Part shown: positions 28,049 through 37,825 of the stretch, in pieces
How the letters are laid out: every line of letters starts with the position of its first letter
How positions within the stretch are numbered: the first letter of the stretch is position 1
The notes under the pieces: model-generated
Seen by the model: only the letters and a program-made list of their open reading frames with translations
What the model was told of the DNA's origin: nothing
Database searches by the model: none
Position numbers and translations under genes: made by a program
NCBI GenBank assembly: GCA_017482385.1
Contig: JAFUNI010000001.1
Coordinates: 2,788 to 66,787, forward strand
DNA from: Oscillospiraceae bacterium
GTDB taxonomy: Bacteria; Bacillota; Clostridia; Oscillospirales; Oscillospiraceae
Direction of reading: 5' to 3'
Length of the DNA: 64,000 bases

Positions 28049-29082
28049 TGGAGATAAAACTGTATCAGATCAATCTGGATCGTGATGAGGAGGGCCTTGC
28101 GTTTATGGGACAGGATTATCTTTCAAAACAGAAGGATGATCCGACGCGGATAGATAGCCAAATCTATGATTGCGTATTCGAGGGAGAGGTGGACTGCAGC
28201 AGCCCGGAGGATGTGTTTGCAATGTTCAACTTCGAACACCCGGATGGATACAAGGGCCGCTCTATGTCCGTGTCCGATGTTGTGATTTGTGCTCCGGATG
28301 GTGGCGCACCTGCAGCATATTTCTGTGACAGCATCGGTTTCAAGCAGGTGCAATTTAATGAAGAACTGGCAAAGACACTACAGACAGAAATGACTGTCGT
28401 GCTGCTGGAGCCCGGTAAGCTTGCACGTGTTGCAACCATCGACTCTTCTCTTGAAGGAATGCAGAAGGTTGTTGGAGGCCTGATCGAACCGTTCTATCCC
28501 TTCGAGGAGCAGGTGTGTATCATCTGTAACGAAGAAGGAAAGATCAACGGTATGCCTCTCAACCGCGCCATTTATGCAGAGCCTGAGGAGATTGATATGT
28601 CCTATCCGGAATTGAGATCTCAATTCTACAAGGCCGAAGAGGCAGGTAAGCACATCTCCGGTTACGTTGTGTTCAGCCAGGATAGCTTCAAAGATCCCTA
28701 CTCCGAGACCTCCAGAACCTATGTCATTTCCAGTGACAACAAAGCCTTCCAGGCAGGCATGGGCGGCTACTCCATCTACGGCTATTGCCTTGATGGAACA
28801 GACCCTTGTGTTCGATTGGACCGGTATATGGCTGTCGAGCACGGCGGCAAGGACGGTTGGAAAATCGAACGCTGTTATATGAAATCGGATGCCCGGCAAA
28901 TGATTGATATCATTGCCGGACCTTGTTTTATCTGCGACTGCAGCGGTGAAGACTTTGGAAGTCTTACCGAGGATCAGCTCCGAAGATATATGGAACAGTT
29001 CAAATATCCCGAACACTTCTTTCGAGCGGGCGGGGAAATCAAGGCTGTTCCGTATCCTCCGGAGAAAAACCAGGAGCGCTGA
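28048..29082 (+). CDS. YodL + DUF3846 domain protein
   Basis: FNFEHPDGYKGRSMSVSDVV (YodL) and LEGMQKVVGGLIE...CNEEGKINGMPLNR (DUF3846). Confidence 0.75.
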   Translation: MEIKLYQINLDRDEEGLAFMGQDYLSKQKDDPTRIDSQIYDCVFEGEVDCSSPEDVFAMFNFEHPDGYKGRSMSVSDVVICAPDGGAPAAYFCDSIGFKQVQFNEELAKTLQTEMTVVLLEPGKLARVATIDSSLEGMQKVVGGLIEPFYPFEEQVCIICNEEGKINGMPLNRAIYAEPEEIDMSYPELRSQFYKAEEAGKHISGYVVFSQDSFKDPYSETSRTYVISSDNKAFQAGMGGYSIYGYCLDGTDPCVRLDRYMAVEHGGKDGWKIERCYMKSDARQMIDIIAGPCFICDCSGEDFGSLTEDQLRRYMEQFKYPEHFFRAGGEIKAVPYPPEKNQER

Positions 29083-29087
29083 GGCGC

Positions 29088-29172
29088 GGGGCTACCTCCA
29101 AGGAAATGCCCATGGCATTTTCTTAGCAAGCATCGCCTTTTGACGGCAACTATTGCTTGTTGGGGTAGCCCC
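29088..29172. other. candidate origin of transfer (oriT)
   Basis: Intergenic, directly before mobC-relaxase; inverted repeats GGGGCTACC/GGTAGCCCC (29088/29164) and AAATGCC/GGCATTT (29104/29114); minus-strand ATGCTTGC resembles MOBP nic sites. Confidence 0.55.
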
Positions 29173-29205
29173 AAACCCTTATGCCAGCTGAAAGGAGGAA
29201 AACTG

Positions 29206-29517
29206 GTGAGGCGCAGAAACAAAATCGACCTGCGGCTTAATGATGCGGAACTGGCACAGCTCAACCATGACGTTGAGAAATCCGGATGGTCGCGAGAAAA
29301 GTATTTACGAGCGTTGATCGCCAACCGACCGATCCGAGAGCGCCCTCCGATGGACCTCGTTTCTGTGCTGAAGCAGCTCCAGCAAATCAACAACAACATG
29401 AACCAAATCGCTGTGAAAGCAAACTCACTTAACTTCGTGGACACCGCAGCATACTGGGAAAACGTTGATCGCCTGGAGGAGCTTAAAGGAAAACTGTTGG
29501 AGGTGATGTACGGTTAA
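29206..29517 (+). CDS. mobC: MobC relaxosome accessory protein
   Basis: AAAGGAGG RBS, GTG start; RHH-like RLNDAEL...SREKYLR; QINNNMNQIA motif; TAATG overlap with relaxase. Confidence 0.85.
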   Translation: MRRRNKIDLRLNDAELAQLNHDVEKSGWSREKYLRALIANRPIRERPPMDLVSVLKQLQQINNNMNQIAVKANSLNFVDTAAYWENVDRLEELKGKLLEVMYG

Positions 29518-30947
29518 TGGCAGTCACGTCGTTGTGGCGCGTCAAGGGCTATATCGGCAAGGTTTTGCTTTATGCCGAGAACCCGGACAAGACCACCAAC
29601 CCAGAGACGATCCCTGTTGCGGAAAGCCTCAACAGAGACACATTGGAGGATGTTATCTCATACGCAGGCCGCGAGGAGGCGACCAACCAGCGGCAGCTTG
29701 TTAAAGGTATCAATTGCACTGCAGCAAATGCTCGCAAAGAAATGATGGATGTGAAAAGGCAATTTGGGAAGGAAGACGGAACGATTGCCTATCACGGCTA
29801 TCAATCTTTTCGGGAAGGTGAAGTTACACCGGAACAAGCTCACCAAATCGGCATCAAGCTTGCTACCGAATTGTGGGGTGACCGATATCAGGTGCTTGTG
29901 GCAACGCACCTAGATAAAGACTCTCATATCCACAATCATTTTGTCATCAATACCGTTTCTTTCGTGGATGGTATCAAATTTCACAGAACAAAGTCAGACT
30001 ATCGTCAAATGCAGATAGCCTCTGACAGACTTTGTCGTGAACATGGCCTGTCGGTTATCCGCCATCCTGAAGGAAAGCGCATGAACTACAGTGAATGGTC
30101 TGCTGAGCAGAATGGCAAGCCGACCAACCGGAGTATGATCCGTGCGGACATTGATCGTGCGATTGCTGCATCGGTAACAGAACGAGATTTTTATGACCTT
30201 CTGGAATCCTGGGGGTATGAATTTAAGTTCTATGGCAAGAGTGGTCACCCCTTAGAACGACCTTCGCTAAGATTGAAAGGGGCTGACCGCTTTTGTCGTT
30301 TCGACCGACTCGGCGAAGATTACTCCGTAGATGAGATCTGCAACCGCATTTTGGAAAACATCCTTGAAAAGGATCCCTTTCCAGAGGATGAGGAGCGCCG
30401 GTACCACCAGTACCGTCAGGAGCGTCCTCCTCGGACCAAAGCAAAGGGGCTTGCAGCATTGTATTACTACTACTGCTATGAGCTTCATATCATCGTACGA
30501 TTCCCGGCGTCTATCAAAAAGATTTCACCTGCTTTACGAGAGGATCTGCGAAAGTTAGATCGTCTGGATGAGCAGACAAGGTTCCTTGCCGATTACGGAA
30601 TCGAAAACCGTGAGGATCTGGACAGATACCGCAACGATGCAGCTGAGGAGCTGACCGCTTTGAGGGCAGACCGAGATAACCTGAGAAACAAGCTGAAGCG
30701 AGTGATTCGTTCCGGTGATGAGACGGCCATTCTGGAAGTGAAAAAGCAGATTGCAGCAGTTTCAGATCGGATTAATAAGCTCAAAGCCTCATTCAAGATT
30801 TGTGACAGCGTGGAAGAACGTGCCTCCAAAATACACGAGCAGCTTGAAACGCTGTACAACGAACAACCCGAAAGAAAGGAGAATTCTGATGAACTATTCA
30901 GGAGACGCGGCGGAACAAGTCGTAAGGATGTCCCTAAACGGCGTTGA
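29517..30947 (+). CDS. MOBP-family relaxase
   Basis: AYHGYQSF, HQIG..LA, VATHLDKDSHIHNHFVIN (3H motif). Confidence 0.92.
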   Translation: MAVTSLWRVKGYIGKVLLYAENPDKTTNPETIPVAESLNRDTLEDVISYAGREEATNQRQLVKGINCTAANARKEMMDVKRQFGKEDGTIAYHGYQSFREGEVTPEQAHQIGIKLATELWGDRYQVLVATHLDKDSHIHNHFVINTVSFVDGIKFHRTKSDYRQMQIASDRLCREHGLSVIRHPEGKRMNYSEWSAEQNGKPTNRSMIRADIDRAIAASVTERDFYDLLESWGYEFKFYGKSGHPLERPSLRLKGADRFCRFDRLGEDYSVDEICNRILENILEKDPFPEDEERRYHQYRQERPPRTKAKGLAALYYYYCYELHIIVRFPASIKKISPALREDLRKLDRLDEQTRFLADYGIENREDLDRYRNDAAEELTALRADRDNLRNKLKRVIRSGDETAILEVKKQIAAVSDRINKLKASFKICDSVEERASKIHEQLETLYNEQPERKENSDELFRRRGGTSRKDVPKRR

Positions 30948-31686
30948 AGTCGCCGCTAAGATCAGCGGCAAGGCGGCTGAGCGATTGGCTGTCTTGCTTT
31001 ATGCAGTCCTCCGAGATCAAAAGAAAACTAGGGGTAAAACCCGACTCACCAACATGCTGCGAAGCGGCAAGGAGTTGAAGGTTTTTGCAGTCAAGGATTC
31101 CGAACTGCAGAAGTTCTGCGAGGAAGCTAAGAAGTATGGCGTTCTGTACTGTGTTCTTAAGGACCGTAATGCGCAGGACGGCCTGACGGATATTATGGTA
31201 CGTGCAGAGGACGCCAGCAAGATCAACCGGATCTTCGAACGTTTCGGTCTGGCAACCATCGATATGGGTTCTGTGAAGACGGAGATTGAACGCGGTCGTG
31301 CAGCAGAGCAGACTGGTGGCGAAATCCCTGTACCTGAGCGCACTGGACCTATGGAGGATAAGGTGCAGACGTTCCTTGATGGTGTGGTTCAGCCACCTCC
31401 CAATCCCACCGCAGAAAAGAACCATACGGAAAACCCCACCACGGCCCGGACGACGAAGTCCCATCGGTCCGAGCCTTCATCCGTGCGCAGAAACGGCCCC
31501 GGCGAGGGCGCCCCTGAACGAGCACCACAGAGAGTCCGTCCTTCTGTAAGACGTGAACTTGAAGAGATTCGTGCCGAACAGAGGAGAAAGCCGGAAACCA
31601 GCAGAGGCAACCATACTCGTTCTGGGCAGACGCAGCATAGAATGCCGCAGTCGCCCAAGCGTAAACCCGTAAAGGAGGGACGCTGA
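30889..31686 (+). CDS. PcfB/DUF3801-family protein
   Basis: MNYSGDAAEQVVRMSLNGVE..., F..EAKKYGVLYCV; AAAGGAG RBS. Confidence 0.8.
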   Translation: MNYSGDAAEQVVRMSLNGVEVAAKISGKAAERLAVLLYAVLRDQKKTRGKTRLTNMLRSGKELKVFAVKDSELQKFCEEAKKYGVLYCVLKDRNAQDGLTDIMVRAEDASKINRIFERFGLATIDMGSVKTEIERGRAAEQTGGEIPVPERTGPMEDKVQTFLDGVVQPPPNPTAEKNHTENPTTARTTKSHRSEPSSVRRNGPGEGAPERAPQRVRPSVRRELEEIRAEQRRKPETSRGNHTRSGQTQHRMPQSPKRKPVKEGR

Positions 31687-31877
31687 TGGGAAATGAGAAA
31701 GTTGTTGTAGAACTAGATGACTTCGAACAGCGCCTTATGGTCAGCGGTCTTGCTGACTTCCGCAATGACCTGATTAGAGACGATAAGCCCACGGAGGATG
31801 TGGACGATCTTATCTTAAAGGTCATTGATGCCCCAACCAAAAAGGAAAAACGAAGGGCAGACCGTGAGGCAAGATAA
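31686..31877 (+). CDS. 63-aa small protein, paralog of 25815..25970
   Basis: TGATG coupling; shares VEL..E.RL..L..FRN..KPTED.D..KV; ends RRADREAR. Confidence 0.75.
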   Translation: MGNEKVVVELDDFEQRLMVSGLADFRNDLIRDDKPTEDVDDLILKVIDAPTKKEKRRADREAR

Positions 31878-33696
31878 GCTCTCTAGGCAGAATATCATTC
31901 TGTATGTCTGCGGCGCAGTCATTGTTGTGTGGCTTGCACTTCTAATTGCACCCTGTATGGGTAACGGCCTACTTGGTTTAATCGAAAACTTCGGAACGGT
32001 AATGAATAATCCCTTTCGAATCCAGCTATGTGAGGACAGTCTAAAAACTGTCCTCATTTTAGTTGGTGCTTATGGCCTTGGCATTGGAATCTATCTTTCT
32101 ACTGCACGCAATTACAGAAGACGCGAAGAACACGGCTCGGCGAAATGGGGCTCACCGAGTCAAGTCAACAAGAAGTATGCCGACAAGCGCCCTACAGAAA
32201 ACAAGCTGCTGACCCAAAACGTTGCCATCGGCTTGGATGGTCGTAAGCATCGCAGAAATCTGAATATCTTGACTTGCGGTGGCTCTGGCTCCGGCAAGAC
32301 CCGCTTCTTTGCAAAGCCCAACATCATGAACGCCAACACGTCTTTCGTGTGCCTTGATCCTAAAGGCGAACTTCTCCGTGATACGGGCAACCTGCTGAAA
32401 GAGAAAGGATATGACATCCGCGTAGTAGATCTTATCAACATGTCTAAGAGCCATTGCTATAACCCTTTCGTATATCTGCGAGACGACAATGATATTCAGC
32501 GACTTGTGACCAACCTCTTTAAGAACACAACCCCAAAGGGAGCACAGAGCCAGGATCCGTTCTGGGACCAGGCTGCGACAATGCTGCTTCTTGCGCTTGT
32601 GTTCTACCTGCACTATGAGGCTCCACCTGAGGAGCAAAACTTCCCCATGGTAATGGAGATGATTCGTGCCGGTGAAGTCAAGGAAGACAACGAGAATTAT
32701 CGGTCCACCCTTGATATCCTGTTTGAACGGCTTGAGTCCCGTAATCCGGAACATATCGCTTTGAAGTACTATCGAAGCTACCACTCCGGCTCCGGTAAGA
32801 CTCTGAAGTCGATTCAAATTACCCTGATTTCCCGCCTTGAGAAGTTTAACCTGGAATCTCTGGCAAGCATTACCCAAAACGACGAGTTGGAGCTGAGCCA
32901 GTTGGGAGAACGGAAGATGGCAATCTTCGCAGTTATTCCTGACAACGACAGCTCCTTTAACTTTATCGTTGGTATGCTCTACACCCAGATGTTTCAGCAG
33001 CTTTACTACCAAGCGGACATCATACACGACGGAAGACTCCCGGTGCACGTTCACTTCGTCATGGACGAATTTGCAAACGTTGCGCTACCGGATGAATTTG
33101 ACAAGCTGCTCGCTACCATGCGAAGTCGCGAAATTTCCGTCTCCATCATCATCCAGAACTTGGCCCAGTTGAAAGCACTGTTTGAAAAGCAGTGGGAGTC
33201 CATTATTGGTAACTGTGATGAGTTCCTGTACCTCGGAGGCAATGAGCAATCGACTCACGAGTATGTGTCCAAGCTCCTAGGTAAGGAGACCATCGACACG
33301 AACACCTATGGTCGTTCACGAGGTCCACATGGAAACTACTCCACCAACTGGCAGATCAGCGGGCGTGAGCTTCTGGATTCTGCTGAGGTGCGTATGCTGG
33401 ACAACCAGTACGCCCTTTTATTCATTCGTGGCGAACGCCCCATTGAAGACTTCAAATACGACATTTTGAAGCACCCCAATGTGAAGCTGACCACGGATGG
33501 CGGAGCTGAGCCGTATCGACACGGTGAGGATCTGATAAGTGTTGCTTCGTTGTCCCTTGACGAAGACCTTCTGAAGAAGGCTACAGCGGAGCCTGTCGAT
33601 GAAGATGAGTACCTCTTCTTCTGTGAGGAGGAACTCGAAGAACTCATTAAACAAAAATTGGAGGTAATGCGCAATGAGCGAAAACAAGAAGAATAA
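31864..33696 (+). CDS. virD4: type IV coupling protein VirD4/TraG
   Basis: Two N-terminal TMs, EEHGSAKW, GGSGSGKTR Walker A, FVMDEFAN Walker B. Confidence 0.95.
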   Translation: MRQDKLSRQNIILYVCGAVIVVWLALLIAPCMGNGLLGLIENFGTVMNNPFRIQLCEDSLKTVLILVGAYGLGIGIYLSTARNYRRREEHGSAKWGSPSQVNKKYADKRPTENKLLTQNVAIGLDGRKHRRNLNILTCGGSGSGKTRFFAKPNIMNANTSFVCLDPKGELLRDTGNLLKEKGYDIRVVDLINMSKSHCYNPFVYLRDDNDIQRLVTNLFKNTTPKGAQSQDPFWDQAATMLLLALVFYLHYEAPPEEQNFPMVMEMIRAGEVKEDNENYRSTLDILFERLESRNPEHIALKYYRSYHSGSGKTLKSIQITLISRLEKFNLESLASITQNDELELSQLGERKMAIFAVIPDNDSSFNFIVGMLYTQMFQQLYYQADIIHDGRLPVHVHFVMDEFANVALPDEFDKLLATMRSREISVSIIIQNLAQLKALFEKQWESIIGNCDEFLYLGGNEQSTHEYVSKLLGKETIDTNTYGRSRGPHGNYSTNWQISGRELLDSAEVRMLDNQYALLFIRGERPIEDFKYDILKHPNVKLTTDGGAEPYRHGEDLISVASLSLDEDLLKKATAEPVDEDEYLFFCEEELEELIKQKLEVMRNERKQEE

Positions 33697-34021
33697 CAAA
33701 CTGCCTATGCCCGGCAAGGTGAAGAAGGGCTTCCGTTTCTATGTGATGACTATTCTGGCACTGTCCCTGGTAACCAGTATGGGTGTTACGGCATTTGCAG
33801 CCGGTACTGGTGATCCCCTTACTGTCGTCAACAATCTGTCCGATTTTATCTTCGGTCTGATTCGCGCAGTTGGTCTGATCCTGCTGGGCTGGGGTATCGT
33901 CCAGGTTGGTCTGTCCCTGCAGTCCCACGACCCCTCTCAGCGTTCCAACGGTTTCCTGACTCTTGCCGGTGGTATCGTCATCACCTTTGCAAAGGAAATT
34001 CTGACTCTCATCACCGGTTGA
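33674..34021 (+). CDS. Maff2-family (VirB2-like) membrane protein
   Basis: VVNNLSDFIFGLIRAVGLILLGWGIVQVGLSLQSHDPSQRSNG. Confidence 0.8.
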   Translation: MSENKKNNKLPMPGKVKKGFRFYVMTILALSLVTSMGVTAFAAGTGDPLTVVNNLSDFIFGLIRAVGLILLGWGIVQVGLSLQSHDPSQRSNGFLTLAGGIVITFAKEILTLITG

Positions 34022-34082
34022 TTATCCACAGACATTCAGGGAGGGCTCATCCAAACGGGCCCTCCCGAAAGGGGGTGCATGA

Positions 34083-34919
34083 ATGTCGGATAACTGGGTC
34101 GTGCAAAACTTAGAAAATGCACTGGAAGTTTGGAACGAAAAACTCGCTGAGATATGGGCGATTATCACACAGTCGCCAGAGACCTTTAGGGGCGGCCAAA
34201 TTTGGTCAGTCATCACCAACATTCATGGCGCAATACAGGCAATCGGTTATGCCCTTCTGGTTTTATTCTTTGTTGTCGGCGTCATGAAAACCTGCGGTTC
34301 CTTCGCAGAACTGAAAAAACCTGAACACGCAGTGAAAATCTTTATTCGCTTTGTGTTGGCGAAGGCGGTTGTCACGTATGGCCTTGAACTTATGCTAGCA
34401 TTCCTAAGCATCATACAAGGTGTCATCAGTACCATTATGAACGCTGCAGGCTTCGGGCAATCGGCCACAACGGTCCTGCCAACAGAAATAATCACTGCCA
34501 TAGAGGATTGCGGATTTTTTGAATCCATTCCACTTTGGGCAGTTACGCTGATTGGCGGACTATTCGTTTGGGTGCTGTCATTCATCATGATCCTAAGTGT
34601 ATACGGGCGGTTCTTTAAGCTTTATATGTACACGGCGATTTCCCCGATACCCTTGTCCTGCTTTGCCGGTGAGCCCACGCAGAACATCGGTAAGAGCTTC
34701 CTGAAGAGCTATGCCGGTGTTTGTCTGGAAGGTGCCATCATCGTTCTTGCCTGTATCATCTTCTCTGTGTTTGCCAACACACCACCCGATGTGAATACGG
34801 GTGCTGCAGCGGCGTCGATGGTCTGGAGCTATATCGGTGAGTTGATCTTTAACATGCTGATCCTGGTGGGATCTGTGAAGATGGCAGATCGGATCGTTAG
34901 GGAAATGATGGGGTTGTAA
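34083..34919 (+). CDS. VirB6-like polytopic conjugation protein
   Basis: Multiple TMs; YGRFFKLYMYTAISPIPLS..AGE; position in the T4SS cluster. Confidence 0.85.
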   Translation: MSDNWVVQNLENALEVWNEKLAEIWAIITQSPETFRGGQIWSVITNIHGAIQAIGYALLVLFFVVGVMKTCGSFAELKKPEHAVKIFIRFVLAKAVVTYGLELMLAFLSIIQGVISTIMNAAGFGQSATTVLPTEIITAIEDCGFFESIPLWAVTLIGGLFVWVLSFIMILSVYGRFFKLYMYTAISPIPLSCFAGEPTQNIGKSFLKSYAGVCLEGAIIVLACIIFSVFANTPPDVNTGAAAASMVWSYIGELIFNMLILVGSVKMADRIVREMMGL

Positions 34920-35128
34920 TGAAAACGAAGAATACCCGAATCTTAAATCGCTGGCAGGGCTGGTCCCTGGCTGATTGCGATTGCAAATACTGTTTATTTT
35001 ACGGCGGCAAGCGCCACGGCGAAGTGAGATGCTTAGCTGAAGAATGCGTCTGCAAAGAAGAACTGAAGGCAGCGGCCCGTCGAGAAAGGATGAACAATGG
35101 AAGTAAAGATAAACCGAGAAATCCGTAA
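34919..35128 (+). CDS. small Cys-rich protein
   Basis: TAATG coupling; CDCKYC...CLAEECVC. Confidence 0.5.
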   Translation: MKTKNTRILNRWQGWSLADCDCKYCLFYGGKRHGEVRCLAEECVCKEELKAAARRERMNNGSKDKPRNP

Positions 35129-35474
35129 CTATACGGAATCTATGTTCTTTGGACTGTCGCTCAGACAGTTCATTTTTTCTGTCCTGGCGTTGGGCGTAGC
35201 AGTACTTCTGTACTTTGTTCTGAAGCCTTATCTGGGTACCGAAACTGTGAGCTGGGTGTGTATCCTGGGCGCGGCACCCTTTGCCGCAATGGGTTTCATC
35301 ACTTATCACGGCATGACTGCCGAACAGTTTCTGTGGGCGTGGTTGAGATCTGAATTCATCGAGCCTCGCTTTCTACGATCCGAGCCGGTCAACAACATCT
35401 ACTACGAGACCATGAAGGGTATCGTAGAATCCCACGAAAAGGAGGGCCATAAAGCGCATGATGAAAACAATTAA
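35097..35474 (+). CDS. PrgI-family (VirB3-like) protein
   Basis: MEVKINREIRNYTESMFFGLSLRQ; two TMs; directly before virB4. Confidence 0.88.
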   Translation: MEVKINREIRNYTESMFFGLSLRQFIFSVLALGVAVLLYFVLKPYLGTETVSWVCILGAAPFAAMGFITYHGMTAEQFLWAWLRSEFIEPRFLRSEPVNNIYYETMKGIVESHEKEGHKAHDENN

Positions 35475-37800
35475 GACCATTATGACTCAGGACAAGGAAC
35501 GATATAAGGTTCCTCGTAGAGTCCAGGATGTCATCCCGATTAGCTGTATCTGGAATGATGGCATCTTCAGGGTAGGAAACAAGTTTGCAAAGTCTTTCAA
35601 ATTCACGGACATCAACTATATGGTTGCTTCCCGTGAAGACAAGGAAAATATGTTCCTGACCTACTCCGAACTGCTCAACAGCTTGGATAGTGGTGCAACC
35701 ACCAAGATCACTATCTACAACCATCGCATGAACGAAGCAGACTTCGAAGGTACCAGCCTGATGCCCATGCAGGGCGACTGGCGAGACGAGTATCGTGAGG
35801 AGTACAACCGTATGCTTTTGGATAAGGCCATGAATGCCGAAGGCGTCATGCAGGAGAAGTTCATTACCATTTCCATCGCCAAGAAAACTGTGGAAGAAGC
35901 CAGAGCCTACTTTGCTCGTATCAGTGCGGATCTGCAGGCACACTTTGCCGCACTGGGGTCGAAATGTGTCGAATTATCTGCAAGCGATCGCCTGCGGGTG
36001 CTTCATGATTTCTACCGCTCCGGCGAAGAGAACTTTTTCACTTTCAATGCCAGGGACATGATGAAGAAGGGGCACGATTTCCGTGACTATATCTGTCCCG
36101 ACAGCATTGAGAAGTACTCTGACTACCTGAAGATCGGCGAGCGCCATGCTCGTGTAATTTACCTGAAGGATTATGCGTCTTATATCAAAGACAGCATGGT
36201 CTCCGAGCTGACTGAGCTGAACAGAAACATGATGCTTTCCATCGATGTGATTCCCATCCCCACAGATGAAGCTGTGAGAGAAGTGGAGAATCGTTTGCTC
36301 GGTGTGGAAACCAACATCACCAACTGGCAGCGCCGCCAAAACAGCAACAACAACTTCTCTGCTGTGGTTCCTTATGACATGGAACAGCAGAGAAAGGAAT
36401 CCAAGGAGTTCCTGGATGATCTGACCACACGTGACCAGAGAATGATGTTTGCCGTTATTACTATGGTCCACACCGCTGACACCAAGGAACAGCTGGATAG
36501 CGACACCGAGGCGCTGCTTTCCACTGCCCGTAAGCACATGTGCCAGATGGCCACGCTGAAGTATCAGCAGTTCGATGGGTTGAACACGGTTCTTCCCATC
36601 GGTGTCCGTAAGATCAACGCCTTCCGAACCTTGACCACCGAAAGCCTTGCGGTATTCATGCCGTTTAAGGTCCAGGAGATCATGGATAAGGGAGGCGTTT
36701 ATTATGGCCAGAACGCCATCTCCAACAACCTGATTCTCTGCAATAAGGCAAATCTGCTGAACCAGTCCGCCTGGTTGCTGGGTGTTCCCGGTTCCGGCAA
36801 GTCCTTCTGCGCAAAGGGTATCATGGTTCCCACTATCCTCAACAGTGATGACGAGATCCTCATCTGTGACCCCGAAGGTGAATACGCACCGATGGTGGAA
36901 GCACTCATGGGTGATGAGTGTGCCGTGATCCGGGTAGCTGCAGGTGGCAAGGATCGTCTGAACGCTATGTATATGGTCGAGGGCTATGGTGAAAACGACC
37001 CTATCATCGTCAAGTCTCAGTTCATCATGTCCCTGATTGAACAGATTGATAGTAAGGGCGTCGGTCCTCAGCAGAAGTCCATCATTGACCGCTGCACCAG
37101 AGCGGTCTACCGGGATGCGGAGCAGAGCGGCATTGTGCCTACCCTCAGCACCTTGAGAGACAAGCTGATGCAGCAGCCTGAGCCCGAAGCAAAGCAGATC
37201 GCCCTCTCCATGGAACTGTTCACCACCGGCTCTCTTGACATCTTTGGACAGCACAGCACTGTGGATCTGGATAAGCGCGTTGTTGTCTTTGATATCCATG
37301 GTCTGGGTGCACAGCTGAAGCCCACCGGCCTTCTGGTTATCACGGATACGATTCTGAACCGAGTCACTTTGAACTGGAAGCGTGGCAAGAGAACCCACGT
37401 CTTCATCGACGAGTTCCACGTGGTCTTCGAGAATGAGTTCTCCGCCTCCTTCTTCAACTCTGCTTGGCGTCAGTTCCGTAAGCGCAATGCTTATCCCACT
37501 GCCATTACGCAGAACGTGGAGTATCTGCTTGACTCTGTGCAGGCAAGCACCATGCTTTCCAACTCCGAATTTGTTGTCATGCTGAACCAGGCAGCTTCCG
37601 ACCGTGAGAAGCTGGCGAAGCTTTTGAACATTTCCAATGAGCAGCTTAGCTATATCACCAACGCTGACGCAGGCTGCGGTTTGATTAAGTATGGCTCTGC
37701 ATTGGTACCCTTCATCAATCGTTTCCCCAAGGATACGAAGCTGTACAGCCTGATGACTACCCGCCCCGGTGAGGGAAAATTCTCTGGACAGGCCTCTTAA
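35458..37800 (+). CDS. virB4: VirB4-like conjugation ATPase
   Basis: LGVPGSGKS Walker A, VFIDEFH Walker B, RKRNAYPTAITQNV. Confidence 0.95.
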   Translation: MMKTIKTIMTQDKERYKVPRRVQDVIPISCIWNDGIFRVGNKFAKSFKFTDINYMVASREDKENMFLTYSELLNSLDSGATTKITIYNHRMNEADFEGTSLMPMQGDWRDEYREEYNRMLLDKAMNAEGVMQEKFITISIAKKTVEEARAYFARISADLQAHFAALGSKCVELSASDRLRVLHDFYRSGEENFFTFNARDMMKKGHDFRDYICPDSIEKYSDYLKIGERHARVIYLKDYASYIKDSMVSELTELNRNMMLSIDVIPIPTDEAVREVENRLLGVETNITNWQRRQNSNNNFSAVVPYDMEQQRKESKEFLDDLTTRDQRMMFAVITMVHTADTKEQLDSDTEALLSTARKHMCQMATLKYQQFDGLNTVLPIGVRKINAFRTLTTESLAVFMPFKVQEIMDKGGVYYGQNAISNNLILCNKANLLNQSAWLLGVPGSGKSFCAKGIMVPTILNSDDEILICDPEGEYAPMVEALMGDECAVIRVAAGGKDRLNAMYMVEGYGENDPIIVKSQFIMSLIEQIDSKGVGPQQKSIIDRCTRAVYRDAEQSGIVPTLSTLRDKLMQQPEPEAKQIALSMELFTTGSLDIFGQHSTVDLDKRVVVFDIHGLGAQLKPTGLLVITDTILNRVTLNWKRGKRTHVFIDEFHVVFENEFSASFFNSAWRQFRKRNAYPTAITQNVEYLLDSVQASTMLSNSEFVVMLNQAASDREKLAKLLNISNEQLSYITNADAGCGLIKYGSALVPFINRFPKDTKLYSLMTTRPGEGKFSGQAS

Positions 37801-37825
37801 GGCCTGTCCTCCAGGAGGTATGAAA

